A stretch of DNA of 64,000 nt, from assembly GCA_014381855.1 (NCBI GenBank), contig JACNKV010000084.1:22341-86340 (forward strand). The letters run 5' to 3'. The notes below the pieces were generated by a model, which was not told the DNA's origin, made no database searches, and saw only the letters and a list, made by a program, of their open reading frames with translations. This DNA comes from Fidelibacterota bacterium. Its GTDB lineage: Bacteria > Fidelibacterota > Marinisomatia > Marinisomatales > JACNKV01. Position 1 is the first letter of the stretch; each line of letters begins with the position of its first letter. Both the position numbers and the translations under genes were made by a program. Below, one piece after another: positions 51,101-61,081 of this stretch.

Positions 51101-52414
51101 TAATAAGACCGGATGGTCATTCACCACTCGCTCAAGAACTGTATAGACAATTGGATCTCGTTCTTCAACCATGAGTTTGGCACCGCGAGGAGTGTGAGCA
51201 TACCCACGTTCAATTAAGGTATTTATCATATGAGGTTTAAACAACTCTAATGCCATGTTTTTCGGCAATCCGCACTCATGTAGCTTCAAATCCGGCCCTA
51301 CAACGATTACAGAACGCCCTGAATAATCAACTCGTTTGCCCAATAAATTTTGACGAAATCGTCCTTGTTTTCCACGAAGCATATCTGATAAAGATTTTAA
51401 TGGACGGCGTGTTCCGCTTCGTATAGCGGTTTTCCGCCTTGCATTATCAAATACCGCATCCACAGATTCCTGCAGCATTCTTTTTTCATTCCGCAAGATG
51501 ACATCCGGTGCTTTAATGTCCATTAGATTTTTCAGACGATTATTCCGTATGATAATTCGCCGGTATAAATCATTTAAATCACTAGCAGCAAATCGTCCTC
51601 CCTCTAAGGGGACCAAAGGACGAAGTTCAGGAGGGATGACCGGTAAAATAGCGACCACCATCCATTCCGGTTTATTTATCTTCTTTTTCGTGCCGTCATT
51701 TATAAATTCCTTCAACACCTTTAAACGTTTCAGAGCATCCGTTTTTTTCTGTTTTGATCGAGTGGTATGAATTATATCTTCCAGTTTACGATATTCAGCA
51801 TGGAGGTTTAAACGAGACAATGCATCCCGCATTGCTTCGCCACCCATTGTTGCATAAAAATAATCCTCATCATCCCTTTCTTCATCCGAAACCGCAAAGT
51901 AACCAAAATTTTGCTCTAACTCGTTATATTCTTCTTCGTCTATCAGCTCTAACGATTCTCTGCCACTTTTTCCAGGCTCAATAATCATAAAAGTTTCGTA
52001 GTAGATAACGCGTTCTAAATCTCGTGTACTTAACCCCAATAAATAACTTAGTTTACTTGGAATGGATTTTAAATACCAGATATGAACAATCGGAACGGCT
52101 AAGGTAATATGCCCTATCCTCTCCCTACGAACTTTTTTCCGTGTGACTTCCACACCACATCGATCGCAAATAATGCCTCTATATCGAATGCCTTTGTATT
52201 TTCCGCAATGGCATTCATAATCTTTCACCGGACCAAATATCTTCTCACAGAATAGTCCGTCTTTTTCGGGTTTATAGGAACGATAATTTATCGTTTCCGG
52301 TTTTAGTATTTCTCCATAAGAACGGCTAAGAATCATCTCCGGAGAGCTTAAACCGATGGTTATGGATTTATAATTCCTATTGGTATCTATTTTTGTCTGC
52401 TGAATGAATGTCAA
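48170..52414 (-). CDS. rpoC: DNA-directed RNA polymerase subunit beta'
   Basis: 1414 aa with Zn finger CHCGKYKG..YRGIICDRCG and NADFDGD. TTG start preceded by GGGAG. Confidence 0.98.
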   Translation of the reverse strand: MTFIQQTKIDTNRNYKSITIGLSSPEMILSRSYGEILKPETINYRSYKPEKDGLFCEKIFGPVKDYECHCGKYKGIRYRGIICDRCGVEVTRKKVRRERIGHITLAVPIVHIWYLKSIPSKLSYLLGLSTRDLERVIYYETFMIIEPGKSGRESLELIDEEEYNELEQNFGYFAVSDEERDDEDYFYATMGGEAMRDALSRLNLHAEYRKLEDIIHTTRSKQKKTDALKRLKVLKEFINDGTKKKINKPEWMVVAILPVIPPELRPLVPLEGGRFAASDLNDLYRRIIIRNNRLKNLMDIKAPDVILRNEKRMLQESVDAVFDNARRKTAIRSGTRRPLKSLSDMLRGKQGRFRQNLLGKRVDYSGRSVIVVGPDLKLHECGLPKNMALELFKPHMINTLIERGYAHTPRGAKLMVEERDPIVYTVLERVVNDHPVLLNRAPTLHRLGIQAFQPVLVDGKAIHLHPLVCAAFNADFDGDQMAVHVPLSVHAQMEARVLMLSSHNILHPANGKPIAIPSQDMVLGCYYLTRAEKGVKGEGKFFGSLNEVTLALENKTVDIHAIIHVRYHGKWQKNTTVGRVLLNDILPDEMDYIDEMISKRRLEKIVNQTYLVAGNFKTVKFLDDLKDLGFRIATESGSSISISDILIPKDKEQIITSATKEVDGINEKFTRHILTEGERYNKVIDIWTHATGKVAQSMMDNLQKDRAGFNPVFMMADSGARGSQDQIKQLAGMRGLMAKPKKSMTGGKGEIIESPILSNFKEGLSVMEYFISTHGARKGLADTALKTADAGYLTRRLVDVAQDVVIGEEDCGTINGIVISDLKEGEEIIEPLADRILGRSLVDDFVIDGKVKVKSGTLISSENASVIEESGVQSIRLRSVLTCESKHGVCAKCYGWNLATNHSVNIGSSVGIIAAQSIGEPGTQLTLRTFHIGGTATRIIEQSDMTTKHGGVVKFSDDYDSADTTDETGAEVTRCMSRHAKVFVLDDKKKEMVRAEYNVPYGSNVFISEGEKIKPGTILFQWDPYTDIILTRQTGVVGLRDFIEGETYQVESVEGGKKQMVIVESKNRNLSPQVEIADDNGKTLSGGTILPVRATLVVSDGQHVKRGQTLVKIQKDIGKTRDITGGLPRVAELFEARMPSNPAVVSEINGNVIFGSIKRGIRKIIVEPSDGKSRSYNIPYGKHVIVHEGDFVTSGTPLCEGAISPMDILNIQGPGAVREYLVNEIQEVYRLQGVSINDKHIEVIVRQMMRKILIASSGDSRFLESERVDRKDFFEENERISKMVVVSDSGDSDLDIDLLIEKSEFQEINRELKEEEKTPAKHRKTKPATFEPLIMGITQASLNTESFLSAASFQETTRVLTNAATACKTDYLRGLKENVTIGRLIPAGTGFPGLQDIRVSKDSDLIIEPEATQA

Positions 52415-52426
52415 GACAATTCTCCC

Positions 52427-55400
52427 TTAGTCTAATTCGATATCTAATCCAAGTCCCTGAAGTTCTTTTATAAGCACATTAAAGGATTCCGGTGCTCCGG
52501 TCATCATAATGTCCTCACCTCTTACGATGGCGTTGTACAATTTCGACCGCCCATCTACATCGTCTGATTTTACAGTCAGAATTTCTCTTAAAGTATGCGC
52601 TGCACCATACGCTTCTAATGCCCATACTTCCATCTCACCAAATCGCTGACCGCCAAATTGCGCTTTTCCGCCAAGCGGCTGTTGGGTTATTAATGAATAG
52701 GGTCCTGTTGCTCGTGCATGCATTTTATCATCTACCATGTGACCGAGCTTCATCATGTAGATATTTCCTACCGTGACGGGATGGTCAAAATATTCACCGG
52801 TTCGTCCATCAATGAGTTTTGTTTTACCTGATACAGGCAACCCGGCTTTTTTCAGTTCTTGGTCAACTTCTTCGGGGGTAGCGCCGTTAAACACAGGCGT
52901 TTCATATTTTAAGCCCATCGTTTCGCCTGCCCATCCCAGCATGGTTTCGTACAGCTGTCCAAGATTCATACGAGACGGTACACCCAGAGGATTTAAAACA
53001 ATGTCTACCGCTGTTCCATCTTCAAGAAATGGCATATCCTCTTCAGGGACGATTGTGGCAACCACGCCTTTATTTCCATGACGACCTGCCATTTTATCCC
53101 CAACTTGCACTTTTCTTTTTGTAGCAACAAAAACTTTAGCCAATTTAAGAATTCCGGGTTGCAATTCATCACCTACGCGGAGTTTAAACATTTCTCTTTC
53201 GAGATAATCTTCAATAGATTTCCACTCGCGTTTGAAATTCCGCCATACTGTTTTTACCTTTTTCCAAACCGACTTATTCTCAATCCATGACAAACTAAGA
53301 TCAAACCTCTCCATATCAAACGTTTTTAAACGTTTGATGGTCAGTTTTGTCCCTTTTTTTATGAGTGTTCGCCCAGAAGATTTATTTCGTATTCCAAATG
53401 ATACTTCACCCTGCAGTAATTCGATGAGTTTATTATCGCGGGCTGTTTTCAGTGTTTTTTTATCTTCGCGTGTTTTTTTCTGCAGAGCAATAATGATTGC
53501 TTTTTCTTCCGTGCGAGATCGCTTAACACGTTTTTCAAATAGCTTCGTATTAATAATGACACCATGGATACCCGGGTCTGCTTTTTTTGAAGCATCTTTA
53601 ACTTCCCCGGCCTTTTCACCAAAAATAGCGCGTAAAAGTTTCTCTTCCGGCGTGGGATCGGTTTCTCCCTTTGGTGTGACCTTACCAATCAAGATGTCGC
53701 CTTCGTTCACTCGAGCACCAATCCGAATAACACCATCTTTATTTAAATCTTTGGTCGCTTCTTCGCTAACATTTGGAATCTCCGGGGTAAGCTCTTCTTC
53801 TCCTCTTTTAGTATCGCGGACTTCAAGATCTACCTCGTGTATGTGAACCGAAGAGAATACATCTTCCCGTACTAATCGTTCATTCAGAACGATAGCATCC
53901 TCAAAGTTAAATCCACGCCAAGGCATGAAGGCAACTTTTAGATTCCTCCCAAGCGCTAACTCTCCATTATGTGTTGAAGCACCATCTGCAAGCACATCGC
54001 CCTTTTTCACCGTCATCCCTGCTCGAACTAATGGTTTTTGATTAAAACTCATATTTTGATTCGTGCGATGATATTTCTCCAAATCAATCTTGACAAGATT
54101 ATCCCCTTCGATCAAACTGAGGTTGTCAGGAATATCACGGCTTTTTACCACAATTTGTACCGCATCAGCATATACGACTGTTCCGGTGGTCGGTGAAACC
54201 ACACACGATCGTGAATCTTTTGCAACCACGGCTTCTAATCCTGTCCCGACAATTGGCTCTTCCGGGTTCATCAATGGAACAGCCTGACGCTGCATATTGG
54301 ATCCCATTAATGCCCGGTTTGCATCGTCGTGCTCTACAAATGGAATCAATGCAGCGGCAACACTCAATAACTGATTCGGAGAGACTTCCATGAACTGAAC
54401 ATCTTCCGGTTCCAACATTGGAAAGTCACCCTTAATTCTCACGCGAATCCGTTCATCTACCAATCGATCTTTTTCATCCAGCGTCGCATCCGATTGTGCA
54501 ATACTTACACGGTCTTCATCATCCGCTGATAGGAACTTTATACTTGCGGTGGCGTGAGACTTTTCATTTATTTTCCTTACTTTTCTGTAGGGAGCTTCGA
54601 TAAATCCATGGTGATTAATTTGCGCCATTAATGCCAAGGATGAAATCAGTCCGATATTCGGACCTTCAGGAGTCTCAATTGGACATAAGCGCCCATAATG
54701 TGTATAGTGAACGTCGCGCACCTCAAATCCGGCACGTTCTCTTGTTAATCCACCGGGGCCTAACGCCGAGATACGACGTTTATGCGTAACTTCAGCTAAT
54801 GGGTTTGTCTGATCTCCAAATTGAGATAATTGACTCGTCCCGAAAAATGTATTGATGACGGTGGTCACTACACGGGCATTAATTAAATCCTGAGGAGTAA
54901 TGGATTCCGCTTCACGAAGGTTCATCCGTTCGTGGATGGTTCGTATCATTCGGCTTAATGCAACTGAGAACTGATCTTTTAACTGTTCACCGACTGTCCG
55001 CACACGACGATTACCTAAATGATCAATATCATCTGTTCCCTTTTCACCTTTTCGCATTTCAATTAAGAAATGTATAACCTGGATGATATCATCCATGGTA
55101 AGCACAGTATCCTCGATAGGGACATCCAAATCAAACTGCTGATTTAGGCGATATCTACCTACTCTGCCCAAATCATATTTTTTCGGACTAAAAAACATCC
55201 GTTCAATAAATTTTTGAGCGGTTTCCAAGTTTGGCGGTTCTCCCGAGCGAATTAATTGATACACCGCACTGAGAGCTTCTTCGGTGTTCTTTGTCGGGTC
55301 TTTTTCAATTGTGTTCAACAAAAGCATCGAGTGGAAGTCTTTATTTCCGTCTACAACATCCAGAGAAGTAATCCCGGCTTTGACGAGCTCATCGATAATT

Positions 55401-56203
55401 TCCTGAGTAACGCTTGTCCCGCCTTCAAAAAATATTTCACCGGTGTTTACATCAATGACATCAGCCACAATGGTTGCCCCAATTGCATTTGAAGCATATT
55501 TACCTTTTAACTTTATTTCTTTAACTGTGTTGAATACTTTAAAAATATCTTCATTTGTCGAGAATCCAAGCGCACGAAGGAACATCGTTACAGGAAACTT
55601 TCTACGTCGATCAATGATGACAAACATACAGTCATTGATATCGGTTGTAAAATCAACCCACGACCCGCGAATCGGAATCAGCCTCGCTTGAAAAAGTTTC
55701 GTTCCATTTGGGTGAATGGAATCGTCAAAAAACACACCGGGGGAACGTTGCAGCTGAGAAACAACCACGCGTTCGGCTCCATTGATGATGAACGTCCCCT
55801 TTTTAGTCATGTAGGGGATATTACCAAAATACACATCCTGCTCAATGGATTGATCATACTCGTTACGGTTTTCTTCGTTGGTAATATTAAGAACCAACTT
55901 CACCTTGAGCGGAGCAGAATGCGTTACGCCGCGATCAATACATTCCTGCGGTGAATATTTTGGTGTGGCGAGATAATAACTCTTGTATTCCAAGACATAA
56001 TTCCGATGGGAATCTTCGATTGGAAATACATTTCGAAACACCTCTTCCAGCCCGATGGTCTGACGTTCTCCATCCAGCATATTTTCTTGCAAAAATATCT
56101 GATAGGATTCAGTCTGAATAGATAGCAAATCCGGCAGTTCGAGGATAGAGGGAATCTTCTGAAAAGATACTCTTTCAGCCGATGTGTATGTTGTGGCTCC
56201 CAA
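52427..56203 (-). CDS. rpoB: DNA-directed RNA polymerase subunit beta
   Basis: 1258 aa with rif-region SQLSQFGDQTNPLAEVTHKRRISALGPGGL. TTG start preceded by GGAGG. Confidence 0.98.
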   Translation of the reverse strand: MGATTYTSAERVSFQKIPSILELPDLLSIQTESYQIFLQENMLDGERQTIGLEEVFRNVFPIEDSHRNYVLEYKSYYLATPKYSPQECIDRGVTHSAPLKVKLVLNITNEENRNEYDQSIEQDVYFGNIPYMTKKGTFIINGAERVVVSQLQRSPGVFFDDSIHPNGTKLFQARLIPIRGSWVDFTTDINDCMFVIIDRRRKFPVTMFLRALGFSTNEDIFKVFNTVKEIKLKGKYASNAIGATIVADVIDVNTGEIFFEGGTSVTQEIIDELVKAGITSLDVVDGNKDFHSMLLLNTIEKDPTKNTEEALSAVYQLIRSGEPPNLETAQKFIERMFFSPKKYDLGRVGRYRLNQQFDLDVPIEDTVLTMDDIIQVIHFLIEMRKGEKGTDDIDHLGNRRVRTVGEQLKDQFSVALSRMIRTIHERMNLREAESITPQDLINARVVTTVINTFFGTSQLSQFGDQTNPLAEVTHKRRISALGPGGLTRERAGFEVRDVHYTHYGRLCPIETPEGPNIGLISSLALMAQINHHGFIEAPYRKVRKINEKSHATASIKFLSADDEDRVSIAQSDATLDEKDRLVDERIRVRIKGDFPMLEPEDVQFMEVSPNQLLSVAAALIPFVEHDDANRALMGSNMQRQAVPLMNPEEPIVGTGLEAVVAKDSRSCVVSPTTGTVVYADAVQIVVKSRDIPDNLSLIEGDNLVKIDLEKYHRTNQNMSFNQKPLVRAGMTVKKGDVLADGASTHNGELALGRNLKVAFMPWRGFNFEDAIVLNERLVREDVFSSVHIHEVDLEVRDTKRGEEELTPEIPNVSEEATKDLNKDGVIRIGARVNEGDILIGKVTPKGETDPTPEEKLLRAIFGEKAGEVKDASKKADPGIHGVIINTKLFEKRVKRSRTEEKAIIIALQKKTREDKKTLKTARDNKLIELLQGEVSFGIRNKSSGRTLIKKGTKLTIKRLKTFDMERFDLSLSWIENKSVWKKVKTVWRNFKREWKSIEDYLEREMFKLRVGDELQPGILKLAKVFVATKRKVQVGDKMAGRHGNKGVVATIVPEEDMPFLEDGTAVDIVLNPLGVPSRMNLGQLYETMLGWAGETMGLKYETPVFNGATPEEVDQELKKAGLPVSGKTKLIDGRTGEYFDHPVTVGNIYMMKLGHMVDDKMHARATGPYSLITQQPLGGKAQFGGQRFGEMEVWALEAYGAAHTLREILTVKSDDVDGRSKLYNAIVRGEDIMMTGAPESFNVLIKELQGLGLDIELD

Positions 56204-56267
56204 GAAAGCCTCCTTTTTTAGGTGTGAAAATGGAGATGAAGTGAAACAGAAACAGCGAGGATACTCG

Positions 56268-56639
56268 TTATTTCACTTCGATCGTTGCGCCAGCTTCTTC
56301 CAACTGAGCTTTGAGCTCATCGGCTTCAGCTTGTGAGACACCCTCTTTGATCGCTTTTGGTGCTGATTCCACTAACTCTTTTGCTTCTTTCAACCCTAAA
56401 CTCGTTATCGCACGAACGGCTTTAATCACGTTAATTTTAGTTTGCCCAAAACTAGTTAATACAACATCAAACTCCGTTTGTTCTTCCGCTGTCTCCTCTG
56501 CCGCAGCAACAGCAGCCACTGCTACCGGTGCAGCCGCACTGACACCAAACTTATTTTCGATTTCTGTAATGAGTTCAGAAACCTCTACCATGTTTGCTTC
56601 TTCGAGATAGGTTAATACATCTGCTCTACTTATAGCCAT
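56268..56639 (-). CDS. rplL: 50S ribosomal protein bL12
   Basis: Ala-rich hinge plus C-terminal KAVR..T.LGLKEAK.LVE domain. Confidence 0.97.
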   Translation of the reverse strand: MAISRADVLTYLEEANMVEVSELITEIENKFGVSAAAPVAVAAVAAAEETAEEQTEFDVVLTSFGQTKINVIKAVRAITSLGLKEAKELVESAPKAIKEGVSQAEADELKAQLEEAGATIEVK

Positions 56640-56670
56640 TATTGCACTCCTTTACTGTGTGAATTCAGAT

Positions 56671-57186
56671 TTATGACTTTTGATCTTTAAGACTTGTTAA
56701 TACTCCCACCATACCGGACATCGGTGAATTTAACGTATTCACTAACTTCGTCAGCGGGCTTTGTATCGTTGCTAACAATTTGGATAACAACTCCTCCCGC
56801 GATGGAAGATTAGCAATACGTATAAACGCATCACCATCCAGTACTTTTCCTTCAAATAAAATTCCTTTTACTTCAGGCTTATTATGGTCTTTTGTGAAGT
56901 TTTTCAATACTCTTGCCGGAGCCGTGGGTTCACCATAGGTAATCGCCATAGCTGTGGGACCCAGCAAAAATTTATCTAATCCTTTTATATTGTTATTTTC
57001 GGCAGCAAGTTTAATCAACGTGTTTTTCTCAACACGATACTCAACAGATTCATTAAATAATTGATGACGTAACTCAGTGATATCCACTACGTTCAGTCCA
57101 AGATAATCTGTAAAATAAATAGCGTTTGCTTTTTGAAACTTTTTGCCTATTTCTTCAACAATTTTTATATTATGAGCACTTGGCAT
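56671..57186 (-). CDS. rplJ: 50S ribosomal protein uL10
   Basis: Sequence and rplKAJL order. Confidence 0.93.
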   Translation of the reverse strand: MPSAHNIKIVEEIGKKFQKANAIYFTDYLGLNVVDITELRHQLFNESVEYRVEKNTLIKLAAENNNIKGLDKFLLGPTAMAITYGEPTAPARVLKNFTKDHNKPEVKGILFEGKVLDGDAFIRIANLPSREELLSKLLATIQSPLTKLVNTLNSPMSGMVGVLTSLKDQKS

Positions 57187-57191
57187 ATCGT

Positions 57192-57881
57192 TTACCTTAT
57201 GGTTGAATGATCAACTTTTACTCCAGGGCCCATTGTAGACGAAAGAGTAAGTTTTTTTAAATACTGTCCTTTTACTGCAGCGGGTCTTGCCTTCATAAGC
57301 GTATCATAAATTACTTGAATGTTTTCAACAATTGCTTTGGCATCAAAAGATACTTTTCCGCAAGGTACATGAATAATGGCAGTTTTATCTACCCGTAATT
57401 CAACTTTTCCTGCTTTCAATTCTTTCACAGCCTTTGCAACATCCATTGTAACGGTTCCACTTTTTGGATTCGGCATTAATCCTTTTGGACCAAGCATTTT
57501 CCCGAGTCTACCAAGTTCCGGCATCATGTCAGGTGTCGCTACAATTTTATCCACATCTGCCCAGCCGGATTTAATCTTATCCAGATACTCATTATTTCCA
57601 ACCATATCTGCCCCAGCCTCTTTAGCTTCTTTCTCTTTTGGTCCGCGAGTTAATACTAATATTTTAACGGTTTTTCCGGTGCCATTCGGCAATCCTGTCG
57701 TCACACGAATATTTTGATCCGCATGCCTGGGGTCTACACCCAAATTAACAGAGAGTTCGATGGTTTCATCAAATTTTGCGAACGCCATTTCTTTGACTAG
57801 GCTTACTGCATTTTCAAGCGTATAATACGTTGTTCTGTCAAATTTATCTGATGCATTTTTTCGATTTTTTGTAATTTTCAT
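57192..57881 (-). CDS. rplA: 50S ribosomal protein uL1
   Basis: 229 aa; sequence and operon order. Confidence 0.95.
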   Translation of the reverse strand: MKITKNRKNASDKFDRTTYYTLENAVSLVKEMAFAKFDETIELSVNLGVDPRHADQNIRVTTGLPNGTGKTVKILVLTRGPKEKEAKEAGADMVGNNEYLDKIKSGWADVDKIVATPDMMPELGRLGKMLGPKGLMPNPKSGTVTMDVAKAVKELKAGKVELRVDKTAIIHVPCGKVSFDAKAIVENIQVIYDTLMKARPAAVKGQYLKKLTLSSTMGPGVKVDHSTIR

Positions 57882-57887
57882 ATATTC

Positions 57888-58313
57888 TTACTCCGCAACT
57901 ACAATCCCCATACTGACAGCAGTTCCGCGAATCATATTCACTGCACTTTCTATCGTATTGGCATTTAAATCATCCATTTTTATTCGAGCAATTTCTTCCA
58001 AATCCTTCACTGTTACTTTCCCGACTTTCTCTTTATTAGGCTCACCCGATCCCTTTTCTATCTTTGCTGCTTTAATTAACAACGTGGATGCAGGAGGAGT
58101 CTTGGTGATATATTTAAAACTGCGATCAGCGAAAACAGTGATTTCAACCGGAATAATCATACCGGGTTGATCTTGAGTAGCAGCATTAAAGGATTTGCAA
58201 AACTCCATGATGTTTACACCATGCTGGCCCAATGCAGGTCCCACCGGCGGGGCGGGATTTGCCTTCCCTGCAGGTATCTGTAACTTTATAAAACCAATTT
58301 CTTTTTTCGCCAT
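57888..58313 (-). CDS. rplK: 50S ribosomal protein uL11
   Basis: [32 protein letters not shown]. Confidence 0.97.
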   Translation of the reverse strand: MAKKEIGFIKLQIPAGKANPAPPVGPALGQHGVNIMEFCKSFNAATQDQPGMIIPVEITVFADRSFKYITKTPPASTLLIKAAKIEKGSGEPNKEKVGKVTVKDLEEIARIKMDDLNANTIESAVNMIRGTAVSMGIVVAE

Positions 58314-58324
58314 AATTATTCAGC

Positions 58325-58852
58325 CTATTTTTCTAATTCTACTTGTAAAAAATCGAGTTCAATCGGAGTAGGTCTTCCGAAAATACTGACCGATACTTTC
58401 AATTTTTGTTTATCTTTATTTACTTCCTGAACAAAACCGGAAAAATCTGAAAAAGGTCCATCAACTACTTTAATCGCATCGCCCACTTTAAATGGGACAT
58501 CAACTACTTCACGACCATCCGCACTTTCAACCACACCAATTATTCGATTTATTTCCTCAGGCTTTAACGCTCCGGGTTTCCCTTGTGTACCAATAAAATT
58601 TATGACACCGTTCACATTTTCAACAACATATTGCGTCTCTTTATTCATGTCCATTTTAATAAGAATATATCCGGGGAAGAATACTTTTGTTTTAACTTTC
58701 TTTTTTCCATCCCGCATTTCGACGATGTTTTCAGTAGGAACAAGCACCTCGGGGACACTCTCCTGAAAGCCGTTGATTTCAACCTCTTTCAGGATGGTCT
58801 CCTTAATCTTTTCTTCCTTACCGGAAATTACTCTAAGTGAATACCATTCCAT
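58325..58852 (-). CDS. nusG: transcription termination/antitermination factor NusG
   Basis: MEWYSLRV.SGKE NGN domain plus a C-terminal KOW (FKVGD.V.V.DGPF..F.G.V). Confidence 0.95.
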   Translation of the reverse strand: MEWYSLRVISGKEEKIKETILKEVEINGFQESVPEVLVPTENIVEMRDGKKKVKTKVFFPGYILIKMDMNKETQYVVENVNGVINFIGTQGKPGALKPEEINRIIGVVESADGREVVDVPFKVGDAIKVVDGPFSDFSGFVQEVNKDKQKLKVSVSIFGRPTPIELDFLQVELEK

Positions 58853-58855
58853 AAT

Positions 58856-59038
58856 TTACAGCAATACACTCATTAGACGATTTAAGATAAAGTCCACGAT
58901 AAAAAGAAACACAGCCAACATTAATGACAATGTAAGCACAACATAGGTTGACCCGCGCAGTTCATCCCACGTAGGCCATGACACCTTTTTCATTTCAAAT
59001 TGAACTTCCTGAAAAAACTGTTTTATCTTATTAATCAT
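58856..59038 (-). CDS. secE: preprotein translocase subunit SecE
   Basis: 60 aa, E..KV.WP motif, single TM, sits upstream of nusG. Confidence 0.9.
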   Translation of the reverse strand: MINKIKQFFQEVQFEMKKVSWPTWDELRGSTYVVLTLSLMLAVFLFIVDFILNRLMSVLL

Positions 59039-59078
59039 GTTCTGTTTTTCTCTTTTATTCTACGTTCTCTTTCAAGTG

Positions 59079-59151
59079 CAGGAGCGGCAGGAATCGAACC
59101 CGCAACCCCCGGTTTTGGAGACCGGTGCTCTGCCAGTTGAGCTACGCTCCT
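59079..59151 (-). tRNA. tRNA-Trp (anticodon CCA)
   Basis: Manual fold of AGGAGCG/CGCTCCT acceptor, anticodon loop CTCCAAA, T-loop TTCGATT; 73 nt. No encoded 3' CCA. Confidence 0.9.
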
Positions 59152-59176
59152 AATATTACCTTTTTGATAAAGGGGT

Positions 59177-59341
59177 CTATTTTGTTTCTTTGAAAACGAC
59201 GTGTTTCCGCACGACCGGATCGTATTTTTTATACTCAACACGTTCCGGGTGTAGACGTTTGCTTTTCATAATCGTATAGCGGTAACCGGTTCCGGCAGTG
59301 CTTTCGATATGTATAATGGTGCGTTTACTATTTCCAGCCAC
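59177..59341 (-). CDS. rpmG: 50S ribosomal protein bL33 (Cys-less, non-zinc form)
   Basis: Below the track cutoff. Manual translation from GTG 59341 gives (M)[53 protein letters not shown]. Confidence 0.88.
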   Translation of the reverse strand: MAGNSKRTIIHIESTAGTGYRYTIMKSKRLHPERVEYKKYDPVVRKHVVFKETK

Positions 59342-60557
59342 GAAACACGTCCTTACTCAATGATTTCAGTCACAACACCGGCACCCACTGTGTGGCCACC
59401 TTCACGAATCGCAAACCGAAGTTCCTTATCCATCGCTATCTGTGTGATCAATTCAATTTCTAATTCCACGCTGTCCCCCGGCATCACCATCTCTGTCCCA
59501 GCAGGAAGTGTGGCAACACCCGTCACATCTGTCGTCCGAAAATAAAACTGAGGACGATATCCGTTGAAAAACGGCGTATGACGTCCGCCTTCATCCTTCT
59601 TCAACACATACACACTTGCTTTAAACTTTGTGTGTGGTGTAATACTGCCCGGCTTTGCTAATACCATCCCGCGATTTAATTCATTCTTATCTACTCCGCG
59701 AAGAAGTAATCCTGCATTGTCGCCTGCCTGACCCTCATCCAACAGCTTACGGAACATCTCTACTCCTGTACATACTGTCTTCTTTTGAAGACCCATACCT
59801 AAAATCTCAACCTCATCTCCTACCTTGATGATCCCACGCTCAATACGACCTGTACCAACCGTACCACGACCCGTAATACTGAATACATCCTCTACCGGCA
59901 TTAAGAAAGGTCTGTCTACATCACGCTCAGGCTCAGGAATGAAACTGTCACAAGCTTCTAATATCTCTACAATACACTTCGTCGCTTCTGCATCGGACGG
60001 ATTGTTTAATGCTTCTAACGCGCTTCCCATTATAATCGGAGTATCATCTCCGGGAAATTCATATTCATTTAACAAATCACGCAACTCCATCTCTACCAAC
60101 TCTAATAGCTCCGGATCATCTACTTGATCTGTCTTGTTCATAAACACAACAATCGAAGGAACATTCACCTGACGAGCTAATAATACATGCTCACGTGTCT
60201 GGGGCATGGGACCATCTGCTGCACTCACAACCAAAATCGCTCCGTCCATCTGGGCGGCGCCTGTGATCATGTTCTTAATATAGTCTGCGTGTCCCGGACA
60301 ATCTACATGGGCATAATGACGGTTCTCCGTCTCATACTCTACGTGAGCTGTCTGAATCGTAATCCCACGCTCACGCTCCTCCGGAGCATTGTCAATATCA
60401 TCAAATCCCATTACCTCTGATAATCCACGAGCTGATTGTACTAACGTGATCGCGGCAGTTAACGTCGTCTTTCCATGATCAACGTGACCAATCGTTCCGA
60501 TGTTTACATGCGGCTTTGTTCTCTCAAATTTTTGCTTTGCCATGAGAACCTCCTATT
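59337..60557. repeat. 1221-bp perfect repeat, copy B
   Basis: See copy A (43910..45130). Confidence 0.9.
59353..60543 (-). CDS. tuf: elongation factor Tu (tRNA-operon copy)
   Basis: Protein identical to the 43926..45116 product. Confidence 0.98.
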   Translation of the reverse strand: MAKQKFERTKPHVNIGTIGHVDHGKTTLTAAITLVQSARGLSEVMGFDDIDNAPEERERGITIQTAHVEYETENRHYAHVDCPGHADYIKNMITGAAQMDGAILVVSAADGPMPQTREHVLLARQVNVPSIVVFMNKTDQVDDPELLELVEMELRDLLNEYEFPGDDTPIIMGSALEALNNPSDAEATKCIVEILEACDSFIPEPERDVDRPFLMPVEDVFSITGRGTVGTGRIERGIIKVGDEVEILGMGLQKKTVCTGVEMFRKLLDEGQAGDNAGLLLRGVDKNELNRGMVLAKPGSITPHTKFKASVYVLKKDEGGRHTPFFNGYRPQFYFRTTDVTGVATLPAGTEMVMPGDSVELEIELITQIAMDKELRFAIREGGHTVGAGVVTEIIE

Positions 60558-60591
60558 ATTAGTTATTACTTATTTTATTGTTCAAATCCGG

Positions 60592-60664
<73 letters not shown>

Positions 60665-60672
60665 AATGATTG

Positions 60673-60743
60673 AGCGGGTGATGAGGATCGAACTCACATA
60701 ACCAGCTTGGAAGGCTGGTGTTCTACCATTGAACTACACCCAC
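60673..60743 (-). tRNA. tRNA-Gly (anticodon TCC)
   Basis: Manual fold: GTGGGTG/CACCCGC acceptor (one G-U pair), loop CTTCCAA, T-loop TTCGATC; 71 nt. Confidence 0.88.
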
Positions 60744-60747
60744 GCTG

Positions 60748-60830
60748 TGGGGAGAGAAGGATTCGAACCTCCGTAGGCGTACGCCGGCAGATTTACAGTC
60801 TGCTGCCATTGACCGCTCGGCCATCTCCCC
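60748..60830 (-). tRNA. tRNA-Tyr (anticodon GTA), long variable arm
   Basis: Manual fold: GGGGAGA/TCTCCCC acceptor, loop CTGTAAA, extra arm CGGCGTACGCC..., T-loop TTCGAAT; 83 nt. Confidence 0.9.
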
Positions 60831-60915
60831 TAAAATTGCTCACACTCACTTTGTAAAAAATCGATTCACTGTCCGAAGATTTCCACCTCGAATACCCGTT
60901 ATTCCGACATGCTAG

Positions 60916-60988
60916 AGCCGGCGAAGGGACTCGAACCCCCGACCTGCTGATTACAAATCAGCTGCTCTACCAACTGAGCTACACCGGC
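60916..60988 (-). tRNA. tRNA-Thr (anticodon TGT)
   Basis: Manual fold: GCCGGTG/CGCCGGC acceptor, loop TTTGTAA, T-loop TTCGAGT (T-stem has two G-U pairs); 73 nt. Confidence 0.85.
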
Positions 60989-61081
60989 ATGTCGGAACGT
61001 TGCCTTTTGAACTTAGGTGGCATGTTTTTTGCCACTCAAAGCGGCATCTCCTTTTTCAATTCCGTGAATAATGCACGGTAA

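Noticed and set aside
53232-53846. Plus-strand ORFs of 100-200 aa inside rpoB, rpoC, rplC (43160..43708), the symporter (5096..5557), NamZ (3982..4416) and others
   Set aside because: All lie antisense to strongly conserved genes, and their low-complexity or odd composition is typical of shadow ORFs. No independent support.
52427-56203. Rifampicin-region substitutions in rpoB (G for M515, T for N518, A for S522, V for I524 in E. coli numbering)
   Set aside because: The key resistance positions D516, H526 and S531 are wild-type. The differences look like ordinary lineage variation, and I cannot support a phenotype.
59035-59241. 68-aa minus-strand ORF in the track
   Set aside because: It reads straight through tRNA-Trp (59079..59151) and, out of frame, the end of rpmG. 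It is an artefact.
43910-60557. The tuf repeat pair as the ends of a mobile element or an invertible/excisable segment
   Set aside because: The repeats are direct copies of a housekeeping gene. The 14-kb interval is entirely core (rpoBC, rplKAJL, fusA and others), with no recombinase or transposase. Gene conversion between paralogues explains it.
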